The notes beneath the pieces were generated by a model. It was not told where the DNA came from, made no database searches, and saw only the letters and a program-made list of their open reading frames with translations. The position numbers and the translations under genes were made by a program. A stretch of 64,000 nucleotides of DNA from Phoronis australis (Eukaryota > Animalia > Phoronida), in NCBI GenBank assembly GCA_002633005.1, contig NMRA01000022.1:1170518-1234517 (forward strand). The letters are read 5' to 3'. Position 1 is the stretch's first letter. Each line of letters begins with the position of its first letter. Of the stretch, positions 41,579 to 55,004 are shown one piece after another.

Positions 41579-42674
41579 CTTGCACCAGAGTAACATCGCG
41601 GCTGTGAAATAATAGCGGTCTCACACTGACTGTGCATGTACCGATATTACATGAAACTTGAAGTAACCCATGCATGTAACTTATACACGCAGGAAGAAAA
41701 CATAGACTTTCTTCGGTAACTTGTTATTACTGGCACACGCTTCGTGATCATTAGCCGAAAAAGTCTGGCTATGTCCCGTTATTTCAATTCGAATGCATTT
41801 TCTAAAAAAATTGATGTGGAGTGGTTTTTGCCTCCTCATAGTACGGTCGTACCACATTTGATCAAAGTTTTAGTGATCTGATAAACAGTTTCCGTGTACA
41901 CAAGATATGTCCGCTTGTTTTTAAGTCACGTGATCGTGATTTCCTAAAATACGCTATTAACGGGAATCACTGTGAATTCCCCAGACCTAACAGTTTTTTC
42001 GCATGAAACTCGGAAATTGTGTTTATTCATTCCAATGGTTATGCTTTTCGTTTCGCTTTTGCGGTTTTTTAATACGAAAATTTGGGATTTAAAAACAAAG
42101 ACTAACGTTCCATGAAAAAATAGCAGTGTTAGACAGCCGAGTTCGCTATATAAAAGACCTAAAAATTGTAAACGTTTTTGTAGCTAATGGAAACAATCAA
42201 CGGAATTTGTGAATTCTGTGCGAATTATCTTACGTCTGTGGAAGTTGAGAGGACCTCCGTGAACAGATCACGTCCAGGAAAATGCTCGGACATCACGTGC
42301 CCGAATTTTGAGAATCAGTTTTCTCCATTGAATAACGAGGATCAAACTGGTTCTCAAAATACGGGCTCGTTATATCCCATGACTATTGCCTACGTCCCGT
42401 GCGAACGACAACTCACTGATGACTCCTTTTTCCAGGTCTTCGTAATAACCATAGCTGCAGATCTGTCGCAGAAGACTAGGGTGGTACTTATCAAACGCCA
42501 CTGTGTCCTTTATTTGAGAAAAAATAGCATCCACTTCGTCGACTGTTCGTTCTGAAGGCCTGAAAAAAATGAATCGCCGTCCATGAAACTACATTTTGTC
42601 CTGACTATAATAAGTTACGGAGTTAAATCTACAAGAATAAGCACATTGCAAAGGCTATATTAATTGAACATTAA

Positions 42675-44308
42675 AGGAGAATGCCACCCGATTTAACTTA
42701 GTCTTTTTTGCCGTGTTAATCGGTCTATATCCACATCGCCTCGCATGCGGTCGACCTTACCTTGCCAAGAGGTGTCGCGTTAACCTGTGAGGAAGGTGAG
42801 AAACGACGCTAGCGCCGTCAGTGGTTCATATGCAGAGTGAATGCCGCTATGTTGCGGTGCATTGTTCCCGCATGTCCGAACCAAGCAGCTGCGAGGAAAG
42901 CGGGTATATCGTATTTTTACTTCCTCGAGAGACCCAAATGCTTAAGAAGTGGCTCATGGTAGTGAGGAATGAAATGTACGCTGTAAATAGCAAGTATAAG
43001 GCCGTGAAACATCTCCGTGTCCGTGGCATGCAGACTTCTACAGTGCCTCAGTGACGAATGCCAGCTTACCAAATAACTCCATGTTCCGTTGTCTGAGCTT
43101 GTTCACGGCGCCTCTTTAGTATTTCTTCATCACTGTATTCCTGTTCGAATTGATAGCCTGTAAAACTTAACAACCCACCAGCGAAGTCGGGAGTGATGAG
43201 CTCTAGCTCGTCCTAAGTCGGGATTGCGAGTTGCCATGTTGGCGTTTAGTACTGAGCGTTCTGTTTCAAAATGCCTTCTCACACTAACCAACTGAAACAA
43301 AGTCTGTCTCATTAGAAGCAATTTATGCCTTTAGAGTGTTTGTGAGTGCAAATGATTTGAGAAGCCAGCAATGAATAAATGACTGCGTTACCGGTTTTAG
43401 GTGCACTAAAACTAGTTGACGGGACACCGAGGCCGTGTGAGCTCATGCTAAACAACTCGATTTCCATCCCACGGCTAGGTGTTAGGGAAATCTTTATTTA
43501 CGTTTACATTACTCAAATAATGATTGTCAACTTCTGCCCAGACTGTGCTGTGGCCAAAGCGGAACCCGAGTGAATTCGCGGCCCCCGACGAGTAAGTAGA
43601 TTTGCAGTTTCGTGGCTAATTCACCAACATAATCACGTGCACATTACTTTGGCTCACTAGTATAGTATTTTCTTGACTCGAAGTTCAGTTTCCACTGAAC
43701 TTTGGCTGGTTTATGTTCGTAATGTCTGATCACTAGTTTCCGAGCCACTGGCCGGGATAACAATGAAGTCAATCCGGCCGGCCGCGACGGGCTTGATTGG
43801 GCTCCGAGCCACTAGCCAGGATAACAAGCGTTTTGTGTTTAGAACTCAAAAAATCATTAGTCTAAAGAACACAGATCTAGATTCTTCTGTCTGTATCTCA
43901 CGGAAAATACTTCGAAATTATCTCCGAACAGACCCCAAACTCCTGTTACGGACCTTATTGGCCTGCCGAACTATGTAGGCTACGGTGTGTCCAAATAACA
44001 ATAAATCCGTAAGAGCGAAATAAAACAACACGTTTTTATAAGAACTCGGTGTATTTTTAAGGGTTTTACATCGAAGTTTGATGATTTATTGGTGTTAAAC
44101 GATGACTTCAAGCGATAAGCTGACACCAGTAACCCGTGTTGTGAACTGCTGAACAGACTGCGTGTGAAACCGATGACGTCATTGGATAATTTCAACACCT
44201 CCGTCTGCCGTCAGGTGTCAGGTAACGCAACCGTACGTTACGTTATGGAGTAGAACTACTCGATCTAAATTGATACAAATTAGATTGTTTTTTGGGTGAC
44301 ATGCTCCT
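42675..44308 (+). mobile_element. Kolobok-type DNA transposon, internally deleted (about 1.63 kb)
   Basis: TTAA|aggagaatgccaccc ... gggtgacatgctcct|TTAA: 15-bp TIR with 2 mismatches, AG..CT termini, TTAA at both flanks, THAP remnant near the left end. Confidence 0.8.
42841..43040 (+). pseudogene. Frameshifted THAP zinc-finger domain (N-terminus of Kolobok transposase)
   Basis: Across two frameshifts: MPLCC..PACPN..RKAGISYF / PRETQMLKKWLMVVR...KHLRV(R)GM. Fits THAP CxxxxC..F.FP....W....R....lrvCxxHF. Confidence 0.7.
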
Positions 44309-45244
44309 TTAATTATATTTCAATTGATATATACTGCATACATTAATTTCATCTCATACGCGTTGAACCTGTCGAGTGCAATACGGCCATGTAATAATGT
44401 TTTCCGTATTCACATGTCACACTACAGTACTTCAACAGTGACCTCTGACATGAAAACTTGGAAAGGTATGTCAATATCGACGAGACGTCGTTAGCCACTG
44501 CGATCATCAAAATTTCCGAGTATAGTTTAAAGTAATACAGTTGCAGCAGTATTAATAACATTCGACAAGCAACCAGGCCCAAGACGTAGTATCTGGTACA
44601 AAACTTTTAATTATATGACAGTTCTGTCTAAGTTTTCAGTTGCTAAATATTATATCGTCTGCAACTCAGGCGCCAATTCCTCAGTAATTACAATATCAAT
44701 TAATGTTGTTATTTAACTATTTTCAGGAGATCTTACAAGTTCAATACACAGTGACCGATGTTTTCGTCTTTGTCATCTCTTTTCAAGTAATAAATCGTTA
44801 CTTTTGAAACTGTTTCTTTTACTAGAGTAAACTTGCACCCTACCGCGCAAGTACAAACATGTACATTGTACATTGTAGGATGTGATCCTCGACTTGAACA
44901 GTCTGAGTGAAGTATTCAAAAAATCTGCCGAAAAGAGTTAGAAACTCAGGAATTCGAAACGTGTGGGATATTACAAAACGTAGATAGTAATATCCCACCC
45001 GATGTGCTACAGTACTAATATGCTTTACTGGTTCTAAAAATTATCATAGATGTACTATCACAAAATGAGAATGTCATATGCTACAAACATTAAGTTGATG
45101 GGAATTTATCAAAAAATGTGTTTCGACATATTTCCGCAGCTTGAAACACACAAATAAGCTTAATGTTTAAAATTAGTTCCTCGTCGCAGTAGAGACACTT
45201 GTTATCATCTAGGATTGTTCATCCAAGAACAACCCTGCCCATGT

Positions 45245-45691
45245 GGCACATACTTAGCCACAACACCACGTTCCTTAAAATTTCTCTTTTTATCACTCCG
45301 GCTGGTCTGCTCACTCAGCTTGTCCGGAACTTGCATTGCAGGTTGTTATAGCCCAGTTGGCTGTTTGGTTATGATATTTGCCCATTTGGCAGTTTGTACC
45401 CACTTGGTACTTGTTATTGAATTTGCCGCTTTGCTCGACCCAGTTGGTAGGCAATCGGCCAATACCCATTTGGTATCATGTATCCATTTGGTACTGTGCT
45501 AACCTGTGCCACTTAGTATCCGATACTCAATTACACTTTGGGTATCGGAAATGTGTGTGTTATCTCTTGTAATTAAGGAACCCATCTGGTTCCTTCTGTG
45601 AAATATTTATTTGTAGAGCTCTGAGCCTGAAATTCCCAATACAACTTAAAATATTTATTATTCTTGTTGTTTTATTTGTTCCCAATGATGA
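45245..45691. repeat. About 450-bp direct repeat, copy 1 (LTR-like or local duplication)
   Basis: Highly similar to 46147-46611. Contains cccacttggtact subrepeats. Confidence 0.9.
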
Positions 45692-46146
45692 GATTTATGG
45701 CACTCTGACATAAATCCTATTATTTGGGCAAATACCATTATAGAGCCCTTCCTGCTTCATATCCCAACTCCTGGTTAGTTCTTACCAAGACCGATGGTTG
45801 CGCTGTTTGTTCTTTCTCTCCAGCTTCCTGTTGGCCTAGCCTCAACCAACAGTACATTCACTCGTAAGTTTTCCTAATTAGACAAGTTTATACCTCTCCC
45901 GCCCTCCCTAACCGGGGTACCACAAAATTTCACGTCAACCGTTTTCAACCTTTCCCACGCTCCATCCCTTTTGCCGAACTAAATCTGATGTTGGTTATTG
46001 TTGTTTTTACAGCCACTGCTGTTACCTTCTTCAAGCCCGGAGCGTGTTACCGTCAGGCAAGAAACGACGTCATTGGCTAGCGACCAGACCTGTACTGGAG
46101 CATCCATTACTGCAGCTTGCTTCTCTCCACCCCGGTCACAGCTCTC

Positions 46147-46611
46147 GGCACATACTGAGCCACGACACCACGTTCCTTGCAATTTCTCTTTTTATCACTC
46201 CGGCTGGTCTGCTCACTCAGCTTGTCCGGAACCTGCATTACAGGTTGTTATAGCCCAGTTGGCTGTTTGGTGTACCCACTTGGTACTTTATATGATATTT
46301 GCCCATTTGGCAGTTTGTACCCACTTGGTACTTGTTATTGAATTTGCCGCTTTGTTCGACCCAGTTGGTAGGCAGTCGGCCAATACTCATTTGGTGTTAT
46401 GTACCCATTTGGTACTATGCTAACCTGTGCCACTTAGTATCCGATACTCAATTACACTTCGGGTATCGGAAATGTGTGTGTTATCTCTTGTAATTAAGGA
46501 ACCCATCTGGTTCCTTCTGTGAAATATTTATTTGTAGAGATGTGACCCTGAAATTCCCAATACAACTTAAAATATTTGTTATTCTTGTGGTTTTATTTGC
46601 CCCCAATAATG
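46147..46611. repeat. About 450-bp direct repeat, copy 2
   Basis: Same sequence as 45245-45691 with one extra tgtacccacttggtact subrepeat. Confidence 0.9.
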
Positions 46612-47759
46612 AACTCTTAATTCTGTTTTGATTCCGTTATATGGAGACAATATTTCAACGTTCTGATATTGCGTTCTAAAGAGGCAAAATCAAAACATAC
46701 ATGTGGCTTACAACTCCTTGTCATCTTAGTGACAATTTCTCAAAGTTGTATGGTTTCGTTATTTAATTGTTAACAATGGTATCATTTTCTCAGGCAGCAA
46801 AAACTTTCTGACTATTATTAACATAAAATAGAAATTATTACATCCTAAGTTCCTAGAATTGCTCACAAGAGAGTAATCTGGTTTCTGGTTGCTAAGGAGA
46901 TAATTTACAAAGATTAAAAACTAACAGTAAACACATTTTCCACCAGGCGTTAATTTTGTAATGCCAAAAATATGTTCTTCTACTGCACATAATTGTGCAA
47001 TTTGCTTAAAGGCTAAAATACCTTGTTGATGATGATGTTAATGACAGTGACGGAAATAATGAAGACAAAGAAACGGTACAGATGATGATAATCGTGTCCA
47101 CTTGTAGACGCCTTTGCACATTTTCACTTAAATGTGATGGCGTGATCGTACAAAATTAAGGTGGTGAAAATTAAGTTCTGAATATGAAAACATCGATTGA
47201 AAACAGTCTGCTTTCCTGGGCAACGGAAGTTTGACAGAATTTGTTCAATTGTCTTATTTACGTTAGAGGCTGCAATGGACCGGTCTAATTAATAATCTAT
47301 ACTTGATGAACTGAATGAATTACATGAGCACTTACTATAGGTAACAGTAATAGCGATTGAACTGTTCGAGTCATCAGACGAGACGTTTAACAAAACGCAT
47401 TCACAACCTTTACAAATGTGAAAATATAGCATCGTAAAAGATTTTTGCAAATCAAAGTATGTATTGGCAGATACTAACGTCAACATTTTGTTCGATCATC
47501 AAGTAACAATTGACAGGAGAAAAACGCATAGAATTTCCCTTTTGTATATTGAACTTCGAAAGTCGTGGTTAACACTTTAATTTGATTTTGTTTCAATTAC
47601 CATTTGCTTTAGAACATAGTGTTAATGATTGATGGACGACACGTTGTCGCGTTCAAGTTAAAAATCAAGCATGTCACGCTAGCCAGTCTCATTGCTTATA
47701 AATTAGGAGTCTCGGCTCATGGCATTTGCAATGAATGGCTGTTCAAAAGTGAGAAATGG

Positions 47760-48258
47760 ATTTTTGATATATGTCATTCATTACATCATTCAATGTTTTG
47801 ATATACGTATGCCTTAACAGCTTTTGATGATTTTGATAATTGTCAGTCATTATATCAGTTGATGTTTTTGATATCCGTCAGGCATCACATCATTCGATGA
47901 TTTTGACATTTGTCAGGCATTACAGCATTCGATGTTTCTGATATACATGTATGTCAGTCATTACAGCATTCAATGATTTTGACATTTGTCAGTCATTAAA
48001 ACATACTATATTTTTGATATTTGTCAGGCATTACAGCATTCGATGTTTATGACATTTGTCAGTCAGTACAACATTCGATGATTTTGATATTTGTCAGTCA
48101 TCACAGCATTCGATGAATTTGACATTTGTCAGTCATTACAACATACGATATTTTGGCATTTGTCAGTCATTACAGCAGTCGATGTTAATGACATTTGTCA
48201 GTCATGACAGCATTCGATGATTTTGATATTTGTCAGTCATTACAGCAGTTTATGTTTT
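47760..48258. repeat. Minisatellite, about 35-bp unit (gatgattttgatatttgtcagtcattacagcattc), roughly 14 copies
   Basis: Directly visible tandem units without spacers. Confidence 0.95.
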
Positions 48259-51200
48259 AGTATACCTTCGTCGCTTATTACTTGTGCATTCTAAATCTTA
48301 AGTGTTCACAGGACACGTGAGTAGAGTTAAGTGAATGATTGCTTCCATTTCAAGCGGGAATTATCGGTGTACATTAAGACCAGCTAAGTGCTAGTGGTTT
48401 GACGTCAGATGAGTTCCTTTCAGATCAGCTTTCTCTAAGAACTTCACTCTCATGAACAGAAGTATTCTTCGAAACATAAAGACTGTACGCTACTCGAAAC
48501 AAAGAAAAACAAAAGCAGGAAGTGAAACATAACAGAACGATGCGTGTTACACGACTTATCCTTGTAAGCCAGTTCGTTATGCATTTAAACCTCTGGCCTT
48601 GAGGAACAATTGCGAAATTCACCTTACAAATAACAGTATACTGTTCAAAGAGTAACAGATAACATTTACCAATTGGCATTATAATCACTCCTTATCACAA
48701 TAGTAAAAGAGGATAGCGTCACGGATATGACGTTACCAAAAGGGTAATTTAACAGAAAATTTGTTTAACCTAAACGTCTTTATTTTACGTATTAACTTCT
48801 TGCTTCAGTCCATAGGCTGTTAAAAAACAATCTTAATACAATACACATTTTGGCAAAACATTTTTCCTCTCCAGGTTCTCTCAAGTTCTGTCAAAATAAA
48901 CAAAAACTTGCCATAAATTTTAAGTTTTATTTTTTTTGTCAACCAGGAACGGCTTTTTTTGGTAATGAACTCGTTTGATGATATAAAACCTCAAAAAGAA
49001 GCCGAAAGAGTTTCCAATGTCCCTCGCATGTCTTCCCCAGAGTCATTCTGTTTTGACAGTTATGATTGAGAAAGGTGCTGTTTCAATCCAACATTTGCTT
49101 CGGATGGTCTCGTGTTTCCTGGCACCAAAATTCCCTACCCTGACCTGAGAAATTCTCGGTACTTGCGTGATAAATAATCGGTTGCGGTCTGCTACATTAT
49201 AGGTCCTGGCGTGATAAATTCTGATTTTGAGTTGATTTTTAATGTTTGAATAGAAAATGCTAAGTAATGTGTCCTGGATTTGTTTTCGCTTTGGCTGTCC
49301 ATAAGCGAAATGTAGGTGAGATAGAGGTTGTCAACAAGGTATCCACGCCTTTTAAATACACTGGAATATTAACAAAGTACTCTCAAACATACTTATTATT
49401 TGTTTTAATGAAGGAAAGATAAAGTTAACACGTAAACAATATCAGTCAGCCAACTCGTCATTCCTCGTTCGGATCAGATTTTGCATTAGTTCATTACGGT
49501 CTACATTTCGAAACACATAACAATCAATTTTCGGTTCATGATTGAATATCTTGTCCTTAAAAGAACTACATCCTATATCCGCACATTTTAGTTTCTTATT
49601 TACATTACATTGATTAAACTCAATTATCTCTGAGCACACTCTTTCATTGTATTTGAACAGATCCTATTTGATTTCAATATTTACTTTGCATCTTCTTATC
49701 AACACTGGAGTCTCATTTGCAGGCTCCAGTTCACACACAAATGTTTATCGCGTCTTTTGTAAAAGAATGGTTATCCCATCTTACTCTGTCGTAAGAAACT
49801 TTTAGAGGTTGTGCTCAGTCCCCAATATGAACCCGCGTTGTCTTAAACACAGTTTTAATTTTTGTCAGAAACTGATCTTGACGCCCTGCTTCTGCAAAAT
49901 GGTAAAGATGCGACAAGAAGAAGACTTGGTTCATGCATGGCCAACATACAGTACGAATATCGGGCTTCAGGTAGAGGTCTCAGCGACACAGTGACTAGTA
50001 AAGTATTAACATGCAATATGAAATCTACATAATATTCGCCTCAAAGCGCACTGCATGATTATTTCACTGGGGTTGTATACATTTGTACATGTAGTATCAA
50101 TCCCCAATGGAACACAAGTCGCGGACGCACTGCTACTTTACCCTAGCCACAATTTTTTCCTGTGTCATTTTGAGGTAAGGTTACTTATAGTATGGCCGGT
50201 GCATTCAGGATAAATGCAATTCTTATTCCACTTATTCTCAAAGGCAACTAATAAGTACAAGATGTGTCACCCAATAACAGTATTTGCATATGCTACAGAA
50301 TGCATATGGTGTATTGCGGCAGCTCCTCCCTCAGCAAAATTGGCTACATTATCTGTGTAACACTTGTTAAATGTGCATGAATTATCTTAAATTGACACCG
50401 AAATGAACCAGGGATTGCTTTGCACAAACTCTAAATAAAGAGTCATACGTTTTGTAAATAGTTTCAGTTTACACTTTGTTTAAAAACCCTCATAAAACTA
50501 AGACATTTTGTGAATAAATTTATGTATATCACGCAAGCGACTTCTTTATTTAGGTTGCACTTACAGTATATAAAAGAACGTTATCACCTGTCACTGCTGT
50601 AAAATGAACTAGGTTTTCTGTTATTCTGAAAACTGCTATACATAAATTAATGTAAGAGCCATCAGTACCTTAAATATGTCAAGGTATCAAACAACATCGT
50701 TCGTCGTTGAAACTTTCTGGTGGAACTGACTTCTCGTGGATCCATCTGGGGCGCTTACGCTCGCTGCTTCTGAGTGAAGGCTGGTGCATACGATATCTCG
50801 CGAAGACTTGCTTGATCTCACCAAACTATACCTGTTCTTTTCTGAACATAACCTTGACGCCTTTTCTTGGTGGGAATCTTTATCTCAAATAAATTTTGAC
50901 GTTCAACTAAATCGACCGACATTTACTAAACGCCGCTTCAACGCAGTGATTCCGGAGTGGCTAAAACACTGTATGTTCCATTCTGGAGTAAGTGCCACAT
51001 ACTGTACATGTACGAACCGAGTACGCTTAGGAGAACTGCTTGTTGGTGCAAAAATAAAAGGAATAAATGTACATGGACCTTTGGCAGCTATTGTTTATAC
51101 GCTTCAAGGATCACATCACCACGCATTTTCAAAGGCGTTTGTCTTCACGTGTGCGGTTCATTTGTGAATTGATTAAAATAAACGTAATGACTATTGAAGA

Positions 51201-51605
51201 ACCAACGCACAAACTGCATGTATATCGATTCCTATCAAGACGGAATTTTCACATGGCGTGGGGATAATTTGACTTAGTTTTTAAGTAAGACATAAAGCCT
51301 GCACTCTATATGAACCACTGGCCTATAGTGAGCAGTCGGATTTGTTAGTATAGTGAAAAGCCGGATTTTATAGTTTATAATTCGTTTTTGCGTAAACAGC
51401 TCAAAAAGCATTCCCAGGTGACGTTGTTTCAGCCTGACATCAATTTTGTCAAAGTAAAGAACATTTAGTATAGAAAATAAATTTAATTATTAAATTTGTC
51501 TTTGTACATTAACATAATGACCGCCACTTTACGTGTCACAGGATAATCCGGCACTGCCTGGTACTCTATCCAAATCCAGAGCAGATGGATGACAACGCGC
51601 TGAGC

Positions 51606-51800
51606 TGTGATACGCCGTAAAATGTAACAATTTCGTAAAATGTAACAACTGTTACCTTTTACCTCACTGTTACATTTTACGTTGCTAGGCCTCTCATAAA
51701 ATGTAACAAGTTGTCACATTTTATATAACTGTTACAATTTACGTCGAATGCACATGCGAAAAATGTATCAATGTTACATTTTACAAAAGCGGTGTTATAT
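51606..51800. repeat. Cluster of direct and inverted AAAATGTAACAA / TGTTACATTTT motifs, probable transposon end
   Basis: About 9 copies in both orientations following a TGT start at 51606. Confidence 0.65.
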
Positions 51801-52759
51801 TTCATTGGTTTGCATGGTATTTGTCACACGGAGGAAAACAGTTCAAACGCTTAACGCCTTCTTTTTCGAATTGTTTGGATGAAATTCCATCAAATGTTCC
51901 AGCTCGAATTGATAGATGGGTCCTATGTGCTTTCCATTGTTTTTCAACTTAAGTATTTTCTTGGTAAAGTCAAAAATGTACCCTGTACAGTTTCAACTCC
52001 AGAGGGAACGAGCTTCCAGGATCAGATAGCGTAACAAGTTTTTATTGTTAATGCGTTCTTGCAATATTTTGTTGGCGCTCACAGGCCATAAACCAATTGT
52101 GCATCCGGCATTACAGTAAGCACACATCCTTTGGTAAGCACAACAGAAACAGTGAGACCGCAGTTTGGCTAATAATTATCGTACATGTATTTCTTCGGGA
52201 ACAAACGCCAAAACCATTTTTACACGGAGAATTCAATTTTCGAAAGCAATTTGATAGAAAAAACACCCATTTTAATCCACGATTTGGCATGGGTATGAAA
52301 AGGGGCCCGAATCAATTGTTTCTCTTTTCTTTTTTACTGAAGTTACAAATCAGCTGTTTCTAAGAGGCCTTCCTATGAGCGTTTCTTCGAAGAGTGGGGT
52401 GGGACAATTGCCCCCCTCTATGACTTCGGCTGTATGCCTGTGTTCATGTTTTCTAGTTGGCGCCGATTGCTCGATGTCGCTAACGGTCGGCTGACGGGGT
52501 GTAAAATGATGTTATCACGCCGGATATGTTGGCGTTCACGCGGAAGCTGGCATTGCGCAGTCCATTTCAGACAGCCAAGAATGACACGAAAATAAATTCC
52601 TTTTTAGTTTTAGGAGGTTTCCGGTGGTCCTCCCAGTTCATTGCTGATTGATGCCTGATGACCTGGGCGTGCATACACGTTCCTCGGTTTTGTGTAACAA
52701 ATTTCCACGCACAGAACAACTGTCTGCATGGGCCATGTTTGAAAGGGCCTCCATGGTAA

Positions 52760-53190
52760 GTACGGGAGTTTTTCAAGATCATATAGGATGACCGATGGCA
52801 GTGAAAGCTACATGTACTTGTATAAGCTTCGCATAAAGACCGGTTGATATCGCGACTTCCAAGATAGTATCGCTTCCTATATCGTCTCCGCAAGCTTTCG
52901 AGGCTCTCTGCCAATCACTCCGTGGATGCCGCCAGGTAAGACACGTTTCATAGAGAATTACAAACCGCAGTGAGCCACCGTTTGAACCGGCAATGCGTGC
53001 GGGTCTGTCCGTATGTGCTGGCCCTTCAGGGTGGTTTCAAATTCAATTGTTGAAACCCAGGTAGCCAAGTTTCTGGTCGCTGACTCACCGTGGGGAAATA
53101 ATAAAGTCCTGACCAATTTCGTACACTGTTCTTTAGAAACGATGTACTTTGCCCTTTGGGGGTCGGTGGATAGAAACTTTTCCAACTTTC
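52760..53190 (-). pseudogene. Possible decayed integrase zinc-binding (H2C2)-like fragment, Ginger/KRBA2-type
   Basis: IHGVIGRE / SLRRRYRKRYYLGSRDINRSLCEAYTSTCSFHC loosely fits H-G-G-R...K-Y...I....C..Y...CxxC. Frameshifted and weak. Confidence 0.25.
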
Positions 53191-53849
53191 AGCCTGTATC
53201 TAATAAGTTCAATTACCCGTCATCTATTACTTCGATGGTTATCTTTTAGATGTCAAAATAAACTAAAAAGCAGTCATTGTTCATCAGTACATCATGATCA
53301 GAAACCATTGAACCCTTGCAGGTTATCAGAAGAAATATCTTTGCCATGTTGCGCAGTCATATGGCAACACGACATGAAAACTAAAGGTGCACACAGTGCT
53401 CCGGCTTTTTGATTTAACTGCAGGTTGTTCAATTGAAAGATGTAACCTGCTGTACTATTTTTAAGTAAATCCTGAAGTCATGCATGCATACATTTGATGG
53501 GCAACTTGAATAGGACGACAGACAAGGCATCCAACTGGGTTTGGGAGCCCTACCTCGTGGAATTTCAATTGTGGAATTTAGAAATGTTAACGTTACTTCT
53601 GGTTCATTCGCCTGTTACGGTTCAGAAGCTCCGTATCTTGAGTAAATTAATCCGTTGTCTCTCTAACGTAAATCCATTTAAAATGAAGAAATGTGGTCTG
53701 AAAGCGTTGCAATGTCGACTTTAGCACTGCATAAAAATTCCCTTTGCCGAAAGATGGAGACAATGTAGTCTAGTTGTCGGACAGCGATACGAATTCTTGT
53801 GTGGATCTAAACTTTCGTTGAAAACACTTCTAAGCTTTTTGTTTGAAAG

Positions 53850-53975
53850 CTTGATACAGATATTGTTTCGACATTACGAACGACTCTGTATCAAACTTTC
53901 AAACAAAAAGTTTGGTCGTGTTTTTAACGAAGTTTGTGTTAACGAAGGGCTGCTACCTAACTATACTGTATGGAT
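53850..53975 (+). mobile_element. Penelope-like element N-terminal fragment
   Basis: FRHYERLCIKL...VFNEVCVNEGLLPNYT resembles the FNxxCLxExLLPxYT motif at the start of many PLE ORFs. Confidence 0.45.
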
Positions 53976-54758
53976 TTAATTAAATGCATGATAAATCCTC
54001 CAACGTCTTATATAAATCTTTTGCATCATCATGCTGTCAAACAATTCACAAAAAACTAATGCCTCAAAATCTCCTTGAACGAAAAAATGCGCTTCGAGCG
54101 TGTCAACTAGGCAAGTCTTGCACCCTAGAATTACTTAGAATTGGGTAAAGAGTTTTTGTGGTCACACAAAGTTAAATAGTTGTACTTTGTATGTAGAGTT
54201 TCTATCGTGGAATTGTAGCAAATTTCATCAATCAAAGTGTTTTACTGTTCAAGGTAGGCCTTAAGCGTAGACCACATGGCCAGTTATGGGATTCCCTTCC
54301 CTTATTTTCTTTTAATCAAACTCACTGTATAACTTGAAAGGCAATTACTCAGAAATCGTTATCGCACAAAATTTTCCGTGTTAGAAATAATTCACAACTA
54401 ATTAGCAATTAGCCAGTTAATTGCCATTTGCTATTATGAATAGATGTCGTTGAAAAACAATTAGTGCCGGGGTATCTGCTCAACTTTCAGTCTACCAGTA
54501 GCGTGCAGCGCAGAAGAAAAGGTGTTGCATAAAACCTTTGCATGTACATGTAACGCGTGACAGACATTGTCTAAGCTATTGTGTAAACAAGGAATGACAC
54601 ATTTCTCGATTTCCAAAATAATCATTTTTAAAGAAGAGCATAAGCAAAGGAACACCAACAGTCGATTATTCAAAACTGTAGTAAATGAAGTTATGCTTTC
54701 TTCCGCACTTACTAAATACAATGTCTATATGTTAATCACACCAACGCTGGAAAATCAA

Positions 54759-54833
54759 GTACCGCAACTGGAAATCGAACCACAGGTCTTTAGATTGCCG
54801 GTCTAGTGCGCTTACCGCTGAACTACTGAGATC
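54759..54833 (-). mobile_element. tRNA-derived SINE head / tRNA pseudogene
   Basis: Minus strand: A-box TAGTTCAGCGG, stem ctaga-ccggcaa-tcta, B-box GGTTCGATTTC. Acceptor stem does not pair. Confidence 0.6.
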
Positions 54834-54849
54834 CCAATTGACCAATCTA

Positions 54850-55004
54850 AGGGCGGATCCAGGGTTTTGAGTTTGGGGGGCAAAGCAGAGTATTAGCCAG
54901 GATTTTGCCGATCAGACATTCGCCCCCCCAGAACTGCCAAATGGAATCTGGGCTAATTATAGGGGGGGCTTGGCCTCCTTATCCCCCCTCTAAATCCGCC
55001 ACTG
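54850..55004. mobile_element. GC-rich MITE (GGCGGATCCAG...AATCCGCCACTG)
   Basis: Imperfect terminal inverted repeats with internal G/C runs typical of hAT/Harbinger-type MITEs. Confidence 0.6.

Noticed and set aside
47336-47473. Candidate for the missing upstream Epac exon (phase-1 donor A|GTAAGT)
   Set aside because: Translation shows no similarity to the expected ERxxEDxDII...GYYExL segment.
47760-48258. 35-bp periodicity resembling a CRISPR repeat length
   Set aside because: Units are contiguous with no unique spacers, there are no cas genes, and the context is eukaryotic.
54759-54833. Functional tRNA gene
   Set aside because: Acceptor stem unpaired and C at the invariant U33 position. 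Treated as a SINE head.
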